Positions 9,607-20,114 of a stretch of DNA of 64,000 nt are shown piece after piece. Each line of letters starts with the position of its first letter. Positions within the stretch are counted from its first letter, which is position 1. The DNA lies in assembly GCA_035362935.1 (NCBI GenBank), contig DAOSEC010000009.1, forward strand, positions 9,501 through 73,500, read 5' to 3'. The notes under the pieces are model-generated. The model did not search any database. It was not told the origin of the DNA and worked only from the letters and a program-made list of their open reading frames with translations. The position numbers were made by a program, and so were the translations under genes. Origin of the DNA: Bacilli bacterium (GTDB lineage: Bacteria; Bacillota_I; Bacilli_A; ML615J-28; CAG-313).

Positions 9607-9621
9607 TAAAGCGATTTCATT

Positions 9622-9673
9622 ATTCTAGAATTCGTTGAAAAAATCTGTAAACTATGTTATAATATTCTAGAAA
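9622..9673 (+). promoter_or_regulatory. pfp promoter (TTGAAA-17-TATAAT) bracketed by two ATTCTAGAA palindromes
   Basis: 10-bp palindrome ATTCTAGAAT at 9622-9631 and ATTCTAGAAA at 9664-9673, flanking the -35 and -10 elements. Confidence 0.4.
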
Positions 9674-9710
9674 AATTTGATATAAATAGAATGGTAAAGG
9701 AGTCCAAACA

Positions 9711-10961
9711 ATGAGTAAAGTATTAAAAGGCGCATGTATTATTGGTCAATCTGGAGGACCAACATCTGTCATCAATACAAGTTTATTAGGAGCTGTGAAA
9801 GCTGCACTTGCATCTAGTTCCATTACGAAAGTACTAGGAGCATTAAATGGAATTGAAGGAGTTTTAAAAGATGAGTTAATCGTTTTCGATGAAGAAGATG
9901 ATAATGAATTAGAACTATTAAGACAAACCCCATCTTCAGTACTAGGAAGTTGTCGCTACAAATTAAAAGACTATAAAGTGGATGATACTGATTATCGTCG
10001 TATTTTAGAAATCTTTAAAAAGTATGATGTTCGTTATTTCTTCTACAATGGTGGAAATGATTCCATGGACACATGTAATAAGATTTCTAAATTCATGTTA
10101 GAAAATAATTATGAATGTCGCGTTATGGGTATTCCAAAAACAATCGACAATGATTTGGCTGGTACCGATCACTGTCCTGGATATGGTTCAGCAGCAAAAT
10201 ACATCGCACAAATTTGTACTGAACTTGCGTTAGATGCACGTGTGTATCCAAATGGACCCGTTGTTATTTTAGAAGTTATGGGAAGAAATGCTGGTTGGAT
10301 GGCTGCATCAAGTGCACTTGCTGGAATTCATGGCGTAGGACCAGACCTAATTTACTTACCAGAAAATCCATTTGATTTAGAAGATTTCATTGAACGCGTC
10401 AAAACCATTTATGCGAAAAAGAAAACAGCAGTTGTTGTTGTTTCCGAAGGAATCAAGGACAAAGATGGAGTTTACATTTCAGAATATGGAAGTGATTTAG
10501 CAAAACAAAAAGATTCATTCGGTCATGCACAAATGGGTGGGCTAGCTGCTTACTTAGGTAGTGCCTTCAAACGTGCAACCGGATTAAAGGTTCGTCCAAT
10601 CGAACTATCATTGTTACAACGTTGTGCTTCACATTCCATTTCAAAAGCGGATAGCGATGAAGCATACATGGCTGGATATGAAGCAGTTCGATACGCAGTA
10701 GCGGGTGGGACAGATAAAATGGCTGGCTATAAAGTGGTTCGTGAAAAAGATTACTATCGTTGTTCAATTGAATTTGTTCCACTAGAACAAGTTGGTGGGG
10801 TTGAAGTTCATTTCCCAACAAAATGGATGAACGAGGATAAAACAGGCGTTACCGAAGAATTTATTCAATATGCTCTTCCTTTGATTCAAGGTGAACTTGA
10901 TTATGTCAAAGAAGATGGTATGAACAAATTTGCTAAATTAAGATTTAAGCGTAGTAAATAA
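9711..10961 (+). CDS. pfp: pyrophosphate-dependent 6-phosphofructokinase
   Basis: PFK fold; GGNDS (Asp in place of the ATP-PFK GGDGS Gly) and PKTIDND (Lys in place of Gly) are the residues that specify PPi use; 416 aa, typical of long PPi-PFKs. Confidence 0.8.
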   Translation: MSKVLKGACIIGQSGGPTSVINTSLLGAVKAALASSSITKVLGALNGIEGVLKDELIVFDEEDDNELELLRQTPSSVLGSCRYKLKDYKVDDTDYRRILEIFKKYDVRYFFYNGGNDSMDTCNKISKFMLENNYECRVMGIPKTIDNDLAGTDHCPGYGSAAKYIAQICTELALDARVYPNGPVVILEVMGRNAGWMAASSALAGIHGVGPDLIYLPENPFDLEDFIERVKTIYAKKKTAVVVVSEGIKDKDGVYISEYGSDLAKQKDSFGHAQMGGLAAYLGSAFKRATGLKVRPIELSLLQRCASHSISKADSDEAYMAGYEAVRYAVAGGTDKMAGYKVVREKDYYRCSIEFVPLEQVGGVEVHFPTKWMNEDKTGVTEEFIQYALPLIQGELDYVKEDGMNKFAKLRFKRSK

Positions 10962-10964
10962 AGA

Positions 10965-10995
10965 AAACTGTGGGGATATTCCTCACAGTTTTTTG
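10965..10995 (+). terminator. rho-independent terminator
   Basis: aactgtgggg-atatt-cctcacagtt plus a T-run. Confidence 0.75.
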
Positions 10996-11064
10996 ATTTA
11001 ATGGTGAATTATAACGTGAACTATGGTATAATATAAGAACGAAAAAACAGGGAGGCATATAAAC

Positions 11065-13062
11065 ATGTTTAAAAAAATATTCCATCTACTATTAGTAGTG
11101 ATGTCACTATTATTTGTAGTCGCTTGTACTACAATTGATAAAACCGCGATTAATATAGAGGTTGTACAACCAAATAAAGTAATATACGAACAAAACGAAA
11201 CCATTGATTTTGATGGTTTGATTGTATATGGTATCAATGTTTCTAATGAAAAGTGGATTATAGCCGAAAACGACTATACCATAAGTGCGGTATCAACCGC
11301 AGTAGTAGGTGATTTTGAAGTCACAGTTACCTACCTAGAGTTTACTGCAACCTTCACAATTGTAGTAAATCCGGAAATAAATGAAAATGCGAATTTAGTT
11401 GATATTAGTATAACAATGCCAAATAAATTATCTTATGTGTTGAATGAAACCTTTAATCCAACTGGTCTTATCGTCAGAAAAGTATTTGATGATGATTCAA
11501 TGATTGCGTTATCTGCAAACGAATACAGTATCACAGGATTTAATAGTACAACCAAAGGTGTAAAAACCATCACAGTTTCTTATTTAACTTATACAAAAAC
11601 ATTTCAGATTACAGTAACAGATCCAACGATTGTTATATCTAGTTTGGAAATTCTATTTATTAATGACTTTCATGGTGCACTTGAAGATGATGGAAATGGT
11701 AGAGGGATGGCAAGGATTGGTCAATATTTGATCAATCAAAAAAATTCAAAACCAGAGCAAGTGATTGTCTTATCTGCAGGTGATATGCTTCAAGGAACTG
11801 CAATTTCAAATCTTAATTTTGGGCGAGTTGTTGTCGAAAGCATGAACATTGCAGGATTTGACGCGATGACAATTGGAAACCACGAGTTTGATTGGGGAGT
11901 TGATAAGATAATTGGCTTTCGTGATGGGAGCCCTGAAAATGGCGAAGCAAACTTCCCGTGGTTAGCAGCGAATATTTTCGAACGCTCAACCAATACTGTC
12001 GTACCTTGGGCTGATCCATACACAATCATTGAACGTGGTGGAGTGAGAGTGGGAATCATTGGCGTGATTGGAGAAGGTTTGACGAGTTCCATCTCACCAT
12101 CCATTTCCAATCCTTATGAGTTTAAAAATCCAGCCCCAATCGTTGCTTCGATTGCCAAAGATCTAAGAACCAATCATGGTGTTACGGTGATCGTAGTCAA
12201 TGCACATGACGGAGAAACAAACTCAACAAGTAAATTAAATAATGCTTTACGCAGTTTAAGTGGTGATGAACGTGTGGATGCAATCATCAATTCGCATACA
12301 CATTATCGCTATGCAAGAACACAAACAAGATCAGATAATTATCAAATTCCTGTCGTTCAAGCAGGAAGTAGCGGAAGCCATATCGGAAAAATCGTGATTC
12401 AAATTGATCCAGTAACAAAAAATGCAACGCAAGCAAGTGGTTCTTACTTTGAAGTCGATTCCTCTTTGGCTGTAAACAATCCTCAAATTGCTCAATTAAT
12501 CGCAACAGAAAATGCACGTATCGCACCAATCATCAACCGAGTGGTTGCAACTGCAGGAGAAACGATGTATTCATCAAGTGTCGCAGACTGGAGTGCAGAT
12601 GTCTTTCGTAAAAAATTTGATGTTGATGTTGGAATCATCAACTACGGTGGAATTCGTTCGAATGCATTTCCAATCTATTCAAATAGTCAAGTAACGGTTG
12701 CTAAAATGATTGAAGTATTGCCATTTGATAATATGATGAAGACTGTTACGTTAACTGGAACAGAATTATTACAAGCATTTCGAACTGGTGGAACCTCTTT
12801 AGCCTACAGTTCAAATGTTGAGATTACCGGATCTGGATCTAGTTTATCCGCTCGAATCAATGGTATCAGCGTTACAGCAAATGGTCAGTATACGGTAGCT
12901 GCGGTCGATTATGTTTTTGATCAAGATCGTTATCCGTTCATTAATGGGTCAGATATCGTTACAACTGGAATCTTAGCACGCGATGTTTTGATTGAAGAGC
13001 TTGATCTCATCACATCAAAATCGATCTTATGGCGACCTTCTTTGGGGGCATATTATGAGTAA
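11065..13062 (+). CDS. lipoprotein with two Ig-like (Big_3-type) domains fused to 5'-nucleotidase/metallophosphoesterase domains
   Basis: lipobox LFVVAC; GNHEFDWG metallophosphatase motif; 5'-nucleotidase-like C-terminal region. Confidence 0.75.
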   Translation: MFKKIFHLLLVVMSLLFVVACTTIDKTAINIEVVQPNKVIYEQNETIDFDGLIVYGINVSNEKWIIAENDYTISAVSTAVVGDFEVTVTYLEFTATFTIVVNPEINENANLVDISITMPNKLSYVLNETFNPTGLIVRKVFDDDSMIALSANEYSITGFNSTTKGVKTITVSYLTYTKTFQITVTDPTIVISSLEILFINDFHGALEDDGNGRGMARIGQYLINQKNSKPEQVIVLSAGDMLQGTAISNLNFGRVVVESMNIAGFDAMTIGNHEFDWGVDKIIGFRDGSPENGEANFPWLAANIFERSTNTVVPWADPYTIIERGGVRVGIIGVIGEGLTSSISPSISNPYEFKNPAPIVASIAKDLRTNHGVTVIVVNAHDGETNSTSKLNNALRSLSGDERVDAIINSHTHYRYARTQTRSDNYQIPVVQAGSSGSHIGKIVIQIDPVTKNATQASGSYFEVDSSLAVNNPQIAQLIATENARIAPIINRVVATAGETMYSSSVADWSADVFRKKFDVDVGIINYGGIRSNAFPIYSNSQVTVAKMIEVLPFDNMMKTVTLTGTELLQAFRTGGTSLAYSSNVEITGSGSSLSARINGISVTANGQYTVAAVDYVFDQDRYPFINGSDIVTTGILARDVLIEELDLITSKSILWRPSLGAYYE

Positions 13063-13555
13063 TGAATTCAAATACACACTTGCTTTTATCAAACATGGTA
13101 ATCATATTTTGATGATCAATCGTGAGAAAAGTCCATGGAAGGGGTCATGGAATGGCGTGGGAGGAAAACTGCTACCTGGTGAGTCGAAAGAAGAATGCAT
13201 CAAACGCGAAATTGTTGAAGAGACCGGTTATGAAATCGATAATGTTCAGTTTAAAGGAATATTAACTTGGGAAAATTTTGATGCAAAAGGGATGGGACTC
13301 TACTTATTTGTTGCGAGTCTTGACGAAGAAATTGATATTAGTCAAATTACACTAACGAAAGAAGGAATTCTCGCATGGAAAGAATATTCTTGGATTGTAT
13401 CACAAGATAACATAGGAGTAGCGAAAAACATTCCACATTTCTTACCCGCTATTATCGAAGACAATAAAACGATTCATTGTCATTGTGTTTTCAATGATTA
13501 TCAGTTATTGGAAGTGTCAATCAATGAACTTACAGACCAATGGGTTCATGTTTAG
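13055..13555 (+). CDS. Nudix hydrolase (MutT-like)
   Basis: Nudix box GGKLLPGESKEECIKREIVEETGY; start ATG 13055 overlaps the upstream stop by 8 nt. Confidence 0.8.
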   Translation: MSNEFKYTLAFIKHGNHILMINREKSPWKGSWNGVGGKLLPGESKEECIKREIVEETGYEIDNVQFKGILTWENFDAKGMGLYLFVASLDEEIDISQITLTKEGILAWKEYSWIVSQDNIGVAKNIPHFLPAIIEDNKTIHCHCVFNDYQLLEVSINELTDQWVHV

Positions 13556-13595
13556 TCTTTACAATAACGTGTATTTTTAGTAAAATGATGAAGAG

Positions 13596-14453
13596 GTGAA
13601 TAAATTGAATAAAGTTGTTATTATATCGGATAGTACCTGTGACTTAACACAAGAACTACTCGATCGAATCCAAGTAAAAACAATACCATTACATGTGATT
13701 TTTAAGGAAAAGTCATACGATGATGGACGCAATCTTACTACAAATCAAATGTATCAAATGATTGAAGAAGTCGGATATTTGCCTACAACATCAGCTGTTT
13801 CACCGGGGGAGTGGATTCATTTTTTTGAACCATTCATTGAGCAAGGGTTCGATATTGTGTATCTTGGAATCGGTGCAGGGCTATCGGCAACATTCCAAAG
13901 TGCAAGAGTTGCCAGTTTGGAATTTCCAGAGGATCGTATCTTTTTGGTTGATTCGCAAAACTTATCTTCCGGGTCAGGATTGCTCGTTTTAACAGCAGCG
14001 AAGCTTCGTGATCAAGGATTGAGTGCTTCAAACATTCAAGAAGCATTAAACTTACTTGTTCCAAAAGTGAGAAGCCAATTTGCGATTGAGACGTTAGAGT
14101 TTTTGCATCGTGGCGGAAGATGTAGTGGGACAGCACGATTGTTTGGAACAATGCTAAAACTAAAACCAATCATCAAAGTGATAGACGGAAAGCTTCAAGT
14201 TGGGAAAAAACCAATTGGTAAGATTACCCGTGCACTTGATGTAATGCTAGACGAACTGATTCTTGTGTTAGATCAGGTGGATCCTGAATTTGTCATGGTA
14301 ACACATAGTGTGGCTAACGATGCTGCAACATACGCGATTGAAAAGTTATTGGGTTTAAACTACTTCAAGAATGTGTATGAAACAGAAGCAGGTTGTGTCA
14401 TTTCAACGCATTGTGGAAAAGGGACGATTGGTATTTTATACATTATGAAATAA
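13596..14453 (+). CDS. DegV family fatty-acid-binding protein
   Basis: VVIISDSTCDL N-terminal signature, ~285 aa. Confidence 0.85.
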   Translation: MNKLNKVVIISDSTCDLTQELLDRIQVKTIPLHVIFKEKSYDDGRNLTTNQMYQMIEEVGYLPTTSAVSPGEWIHFFEPFIEQGFDIVYLGIGAGLSATFQSARVASLEFPEDRIFLVDSQNLSSGSGLLVLTAAKLRDQGLSASNIQEALNLLVPKVRSQFAIETLEFLHRGGRCSGTARLFGTMLKLKPIIKVIDGKLQVGKKPIGKITRALDVMLDELILVLDQVDPEFVMVTHSVANDAATYAIEKLLGLNYFKNVYETEAGCVISTHCGKGTIGILYIMK

Positions 14454-14476
14454 GCAATCTTTAAAAAGGTTGATTT

Positions 14477-14504
14477 GAAAGGGTGTCTGTGACACCTTTT
14501 TTCA
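14477..14504 (+). terminator. rho-independent terminator
   Basis: gaaagggtgtc-tgt-gacaccctttttt. Confidence 0.8.
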
Positions 14505-14563
14505 TTTTCAAATTGAGGGTTCTTATGGTATAATATGAGAGAAGAAAAGGTAATGGTGATACC

Positions 14564-16912
14564 ATGATAAAAGAAATTTTAGCACCAGTTGGCTCGATGG
14601 AAGCATGTTATGCTGCGATTCAAGCTGGAGCAGATGCCATATATTTATCGGGAAAATCGTTTGGTGCCCGTGCTTATGCAGATAATTTTATTAATGATGA
14701 TTTAGCAACTATCATTTCATACGCCCATGTTCGTGAAGTCAAAGTATACGTTACAGTCAATACTTTGATTTTTGATCGTGAAATGGATGAATTACTTCAG
14801 TATGTATCTTTTTTATACGAACACGACTGTGATGCTGTGATTGTACAAGATATTGGCGTGTTGATGCTCATAAAAGAGCACTTTCCAGATTTAGACATCC
14901 ACGCATCCACACAAATGAATGTTCATAATATCAAACAAGCAATGAGGTTAAAAGAACTAGGTGTAACTCGTATTGTGCTAGCAAGGGAAACATCAATCGA
15001 TCAAGTAGAAGCAATTTATCAAGCAACCAAACTAGAAATAGAAGTTTTTGTCCATGGTGCTTTATGTCAATCCTATTCAGGAAACTGTCTACTAAGTTCT
15101 TTCATTGGAAAACGTAGTGGGAATCGTGGAAAGTGTGCTCAACCATGTAGACTTCCATACCAATTACAATCAGATGAAAAAGATTTTTCAGAGGAATATT
15201 ATTTGTCAATGAAAGACTTAATGACTCTTGACGACTTAGAACCAATTCTAAATAGTCATATTGTTTCGCTCAAAATTGAAGGACGAATGAAACGGCCAGA
15301 ATATGTCTATCAGGTGGTACGAACCTATAAATACGCAGTTGACCAATATAAGAAACAAGGATTTATTGACATTCAAGATTCTGATATCAAAGAACTTAAG
15401 AAATTATTCAATCGGGAGTTTACCAAAGGGTATCTATTAAAGGAAAATTTTGGTAAGGTTGTCAATACAAAGCGTCCCAATCATATGGGAATTCTAGTTG
15501 GAAAGGTTATAGATTATTCTAATAAAGTAGCGACAATCGAACTTCAAGAGGAACTCACCATCAACGATGGGATTCGTTTTGTTGGAACTACTGATTTTGG
15601 AATGATTGTTCAACAAATGTCATACAAAAACGATAAAGTGAAAAAAGGGTATCCGAATCAAATCGTATCCTTGGTTGTCACTGAACCTGTTGTAAAAGGC
15701 ATGAGTGTTTATAAGACTTCCGATTATGAACAATTAAAAGCGTTGAAAGTGGATACAACAAAAGAAGTTAAAAAAGTGTCAATCCAAGGTCGCATTGAAA
15801 TGAATCTTGGACAAAAAGCAACGTTATACTTGCGTGATGCAAGAGGTAATGAAGTGGTTGTTTCTTCCAATGATGATGTTGTCCAAGCAAGTAACGTAGA
15901 CTTCTCAATCGATCGTTATATAGAACAAATCAAAAAAACCGGAAATACCCCATTTATGATTGAACATCTTGATGTATACATTCAAAAAGGATCATACTTA
16001 TCGATCAAAGAATTAAATGAGATGAGACGGATTGCAACGTCTGAACTAATGGAAAAGCGAAAAAAGATACATGGATCAAGAAAGGTGGTTCAATCTCTTA
16101 TCAAAAATCCTACTACTATCATTTCACAATCAAAGAAAGGATTGCGGATATTATGTCATACCTTAGAACAACTTGAAGTTGCGATTAACTATGGTATTGA
16201 TGAAATTTATTTCGATGATTTAGACACCTTAGACCAAGCGATGAGATTAAAAGAAGATGTTATTCCAGTGCTACCACGGATTGACTTTGAAGAAGACATT
16301 AATGTTGCCTCATCCAAAGTCGTGGTATCTCAAATTGGAGATTTGGATTTGACAAACATAAAAAGTGTCATCACAGATTTATATTTCAATGTGGTGAATT
16401 CTGAAAGTGTCCATTATTTGCATCAAGTTGGAGTTAGCCGTGTAACCCTTTCCCCTGAGGTAAGTTATCTTCAGATGAAGGAGTTAATCGATGAGTATCA
16501 AAACAAGTATCAAACTCTACCGAATTTAGAAGTTGTAGTGTATGGATTTTATGAAGCGATGATCATGAAGCATTGTATCATCAGTTCAACACTAGGGTAT
16601 AATGTATATGATTGTAATGCATGCTATATCAATCAATACACACTTGTCGACCGGTTAGGATATCGTTTTTCATTGATGAGAGGTCATAACTGTGCGTTAA
16701 AAATGCTAAATGCGAAGCGTCTTAGTTTGCTAGACCAAGTCAATGATATATTTGAACTTGGCATTCATAGTGTGCGTATTCAACTTACACTCGAAACAAA
16801 AGAAGAAACAAATCGTGTGATACAGGCATTTACCGATAAATTACAAGGCAAAGCTGCAAAATTACCATTTCAAGATTTGACCTTTGGCCATTTCAAAGAA
16901 CGAATCGAATGA
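14564..16912 (+). CDS. peptidase U32 family protein, long two-module form
   Basis: U32 signature EVFVHGALCQSYSGNCLLSSFIGKRSGNRGKCAQPCR; 782 aa. Confidence 0.8.
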   Translation: MIKEILAPVGSMEACYAAIQAGADAIYLSGKSFGARAYADNFINDDLATIISYAHVREVKVYVTVNTLIFDREMDELLQYVSFLYEHDCDAVIVQDIGVLMLIKEHFPDLDIHASTQMNVHNIKQAMRLKELGVTRIVLARETSIDQVEAIYQATKLEIEVFVHGALCQSYSGNCLLSSFIGKRSGNRGKCAQPCRLPYQLQSDEKDFSEEYYLSMKDLMTLDDLEPILNSHIVSLKIEGRMKRPEYVYQVVRTYKYAVDQYKKQGFIDIQDSDIKELKKLFNREFTKGYLLKENFGKVVNTKRPNHMGILVGKVIDYSNKVATIELQEELTINDGIRFVGTTDFGMIVQQMSYKNDKVKKGYPNQIVSLVVTEPVVKGMSVYKTSDYEQLKALKVDTTKEVKKVSIQGRIEMNLGQKATLYLRDARGNEVVVSSNDDVVQASNVDFSIDRYIEQIKKTGNTPFMIEHLDVYIQKGSYLSIKELNEMRRIATSELMEKRKKIHGSRKVVQSLIKNPTTIISQSKKGLRILCHTLEQLEVAINYGIDEIYFDDLDTLDQAMRLKEDVIPVLPRIDFEEDINVASSKVVVSQIGDLDLTNIKSVITDLYFNVVNSESVHYLHQVGVSRVTLSPEVSYLQMKELIDEYQNKYQTLPNLEVVVYGFYEAMIMKHCIISSTLGYNVYDCNACYINQYTLVDRLGYRFSLMRGHNCALKMLNAKRLSLLDQVNDIFELGIHSVRIQLTLETKEETNRVIQAFTDKLQGKAAKLPFQDLTFGHFKERIE

Positions 16913-16931
16913 TGAACTTAGGAGGTCTAGA

Positions 16932-17945
16932 ATGAAAAAAATAGATTTGAGAAGTGATACGGTTACACATCCAACCAAAGAAATGTACGAAGCAATGCTG
17001 CATGCGAACATTGGCGATGATGTATTCGAAGATGATCAAGAGGTTCAAGAATTAGAGCTCATGGCTGCCACTTTGTTAGGAAAAGAAGCAGCATTGTTTG
17101 TTCCTAGTGGAACGTTTTCCAATCAATTGGCAATTATCACACACACCTCCACTGGGGATGAAGTCATTGTTGATCAAGAATGTCATATTGTTCTTCATGA
17201 AACTGGAGCAGTGAGTCAAATTGCGAAAGTACAACTCTTTACCTTAGAAAGCAACCATGGTATTTGGGATTTGGAAAAACTAAAGAGATCAATCAAGGTG
17301 GGAGATACCTTTACACCTCACACCTCATTGATTTGCATGGAAAACTCCTTTAATGGTTTGGTTTTGCCACTTGATTATATGAAAGAAGTTTATCAAATTG
17401 CAAGCAAGCGACATATTAAAGTCCATCTAGATGGTGCAAGACTCTTTAATGCAACCACCTATCTTGGAGTAGATGCCAAAGAGTTAGCAAGTTGTGCAGA
17501 TAGCGTAAGCATATGCTTGTCTAAAGGTCTATGTTCCCCTATTGGATCGTTACTTGTTGGTTCAAAAGAGTTCATTCATAAAGCAAGACGCTACCGAAAG
17601 ATGATGGGTGGTGGACTTAGACAAGTTGGGATACTTGCTGCTTGTGGGAAAATTTCTTTGAATAACATGAGACTGCGGTTACAAGTTGATCATGAGAATC
17701 GTAAGTATTTAGAAACTAGACTAGAAGAAATGCCGTTTATTAACGTTAATAAGATACACAATAAAATCAACTTATTGTTTTTTGAGATCAATCATCCAAA
17801 AAGCAGCACATTACACACCTATTTAAGAACACATAACATTTTTATAACTCCATATGAAGATGGAATTCGGTTTGTGGTACACAATGACGTAACCCGAGCT
17901 GACATTGATTTCGTGATTGAAAAAATGAAAGAATATTTAATGTAA
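16932..17945 (+). CDS. ltaE: low-specificity L-threonine aldolase
   Basis: DLRSDTVTHPT N-terminus typical of PLP-dependent threonine aldolases; RBS aggagg upstream. Confidence 0.8.
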   Translation: MKKIDLRSDTVTHPTKEMYEAMLHANIGDDVFEDDQEVQELELMAATLLGKEAALFVPSGTFSNQLAIITHTSTGDEVIVDQECHIVLHETGAVSQIAKVQLFTLESNHGIWDLEKLKRSIKVGDTFTPHTSLICMENSFNGLVLPLDYMKEVYQIASKRHIKVHLDGARLFNATTYLGVDAKELASCADSVSICLSKGLCSPIGSLLVGSKEFIHKARRYRKMMGGGLRQVGILAACGKISLNNMRLRLQVDHENRKYLETRLEEMPFINVNKIHNKINLLFFEINHPKSSTLHTYLRTHNIFITPYEDGIRFVVHNDVTRADIDFVIEKMKEYLM

Positions 17946-18024
17946 ACACTTTCAATTTTCATTATTTTCTTATTTCAAATCAAGACAATTTATGATATCA
18001 TATTATGTGGCAAAAGGAGGTACT

Positions 18025-19002
18025 ATGAAGTATATCAATATCGATCATTTAGGTAGACAAAAGGATTCATTCTTCTTTGCATTAGAAGAAGAGATGTTAA
18101 AACGCATCAAAGATGATGAAGAATATTTCTTCATTTGGCGAGTGTTTCCTGGGGTTGTGATTGGTCGCAACCAACTCGTCCAATCCGAAGTCAATGAAGC
18201 ATATTTGAAAGAAAACAATATTGGTCTTTATCGTCGATTATCAGGCGGAGGTTGTGTGTATTCTGATGAATCATGTATCAAGTTTACATTTATCACAAAA
18301 CAGTTTGACAAAGAGATGATATTTAAACGCTATTTGTCGATGATTGTGGAAACACTACATAAACTTGGGCTTCAGGTTGTGTTTTCTGGTAGAAACGATA
18401 TTTTATATGATGGTAAAAAATTTTCCGGAAATGCCTTCTACCGAAACAAATATGGTGCCGTCTTACATGGGACAATTCTTTACGATACCAATTTTGAACA
18501 TTTGGTCAAATCCATTACTCCAAGCAATGACAAACTGATATCCAAAGGGATTGAAAGTGTGAGACAACGCGTGGTAAATCTTAAAGACTTGATTCAAATG
18601 GAAACCGAAGAGTTTACAACTTATTTGGTGAAATCGATCACATGTGAAGAAATAGTACTTACTGAAGAAGAACTAAGTAGAGTATATGAAGCAGAAGCAA
18701 AGTATTTAACCCATGACTGGATTTATGGAAATAATCCACCATTTACTGCTACATTTTCAAAACGATTTCCAGCTGGTGGGGTGCGTGTTCACTTAGAAAT
18801 TAAAAACAACACGATTAAGCATGTGGAATTATCTGGTGATTATTTTACCATGCAAGAACTGGATGAATTACTCATCTTATTAAAAGATGTTAAGTATGAT
18901 AAAAAAGAGGTATCAAAGGTACTAAGTACTGTTGAAGTCTCAGATTATATATTGAATTTAAGCAACGCAGAATTGCTTGAAGTATTATTTTTGGAGGATT
19001 AA
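18025..19002 (+). CDS. lplA: lipoate-protein ligase A
   Basis: LplA motifs RRLSGGGCVYSDE and KFSGNAFYR; start at ATG 18025 after aaggagg. Confidence 0.85.
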   Translation: MKYINIDHLGRQKDSFFFALEEEMLKRIKDDEEYFFIWRVFPGVVIGRNQLVQSEVNEAYLKENNIGLYRRLSGGGCVYSDESCIKFTFITKQFDKEMIFKRYLSMIVETLHKLGLQVVFSGRNDILYDGKKFSGNAFYRNKYGAVLHGTILYDTNFEHLVKSITPSNDKLISKGIESVRQRVVNLKDLIQMETEEFTTYLVKSITCEEIVLTEEELSRVYEAEAKYLTHDWIYGNNPPFTATFSKRFPAGGVRVHLEIKNNTIKHVELSGDYFTMQELDELLILLKDVKYDKKEVSKVLSTVEVSDYILNLSNAELLEVLFLED

Positions 19003-19010
19003 AATCAAAA

Positions 19011-20111
19011 ATGAGTGATGTAAAAAGAACGATTCTTTATCAAAACCACGTTGAGCTTGGTGGAAACATGGTGGAATTTGCTGGATTTGAAATGCCACTG
19101 TTTTATTCTAATATCACAGAGGAACACCATGCTGTTAGAAATAACGTAGGGATGTTTGATGTGTCCCATATGGGAGAAATTCTTGTAACAGGTAAGGATG
19201 CATTGGCATTTGTCAATCACATTTGTACAAACGACTTTTCAAAAGTAGCAATTAATAAGTTAAACTATACACTATTTTGTTATGAAGATGGTGGATGTGT
19301 CGATGACTCTATGGTTTACCGTATGTGCGAAAATGAATTTTTACTCGTTGTCAATGCTTCAAACTTAGAAAAAGATTATGAGTGGATTGTAAACCAAACA
19401 AATGGATTTGATGTAATAGTTGAAAACGTGAGTGATTATTACGGTCAAATTGCTTTACAAGGACCACTTGCAGAAGCAATCTTCCAACAAATGGTTGGAT
19501 TTGACTTGAGTAAGATTCTATTTTTAGAGTTTACGTTTGATGATGTTTTAGGACAAAAAGCAATTGTGTCAAGAAGTGGGTATACAGGGGAAGATGGTTT
19601 TGAAATCTACGCTGAGAAAAACCACATTGTTACAATCTGGAATCATCTAATCAAACGATATCATGTTACCCCATGTGGATTAGGATGTCGTGACACATTG
19701 CGTTTTGAAGCAGCACTACCTCTATATGGACATGAAATTGATGCAACGATCAATCCTCTTGAAGCTGGACTTGGATTTGCTGTTAAGTTAGACAAACCTG
19801 AATTTATCGGAAAAACTGCGTTAGCTGATCAAAAAGCCAATGGTTTGAAACGCAAAATGGTTGGAATTGAGTTATTAGAACGTAACATTCCACGGCAAGG
19901 ATATCCTGTATTCGCAAACGATGAACAAATTGGTGTTATTACAACAGGATATTTATCACCTTCTAGTGGACTACCGGTTGCGAATGCATTAATATCTCCA
20001 AGTTTTGCAAAAATCGGAACAAATGTATTTGTTCAAATTCGAAAGAAAATGGTACCAGCTGTCGTTCGAGATCGAAAATTTTACAATAAAAAATATAAAA
20101 AAGGAGAATAG
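19011..20111 (+). CDS. gcvT: glycine cleavage system T protein (aminomethyltransferase)
   Basis: GcvT-family length and motifs; position in the gcv operon. Confidence 0.9.
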   Translation: MSDVKRTILYQNHVELGGNMVEFAGFEMPLFYSNITEEHHAVRNNVGMFDVSHMGEILVTGKDALAFVNHICTNDFSKVAINKLNYTLFCYEDGGCVDDSMVYRMCENEFLLVVNASNLEKDYEWIVNQTNGFDVIVENVSDYYGQIALQGPLAEAIFQQMVGFDLSKILFLEFTFDDVLGQKAIVSRSGYTGEDGFEIYAEKNHIVTIWNHLIKRYHVTPCGLGCRDTLRFEAALPLYGHEIDATINPLEAGLGFAVKLDKPEFIGKTALADQKANGLKRKMVGIELLERNIPRQGYPVFANDEQIGVITTGYLSPSSGLPVANALISPSFAKIGTNVFVQIRKKMVPAVVRDRKFYNKKYKKGE

Positions 20112-20114
20112 AAA

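Noticed and set aside
3747-12110. Assorted 60-110-aa antisense ORFs inside large genes (3747..3953, 6089..6301, 8517..8717, 10567..10821, 11790..12110, 11813..12025 and others)
   Set aside because: All lie antisense within well-supported CDSs, lack an RBS and have low-complexity translations.
12992-13054. Longer N-terminus of the Nudix gene (MKSLISSHQNRSYGDLLWGHI)
   Set aside because: It would overlap 70 nt of the upstream gene with no RBS. ATG 13055 with a GGGGG RBS gives the expected Nudix N-terminus.
17946-18024. Possible glycine riboswitch upstream of lplA-gcv
   Set aside because: The region is only ~80 nt and AT-rich, with no recognisable P1/P3 conserved cores. I could not support a riboswitch. 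It needs an Infernal scan to be definitive.
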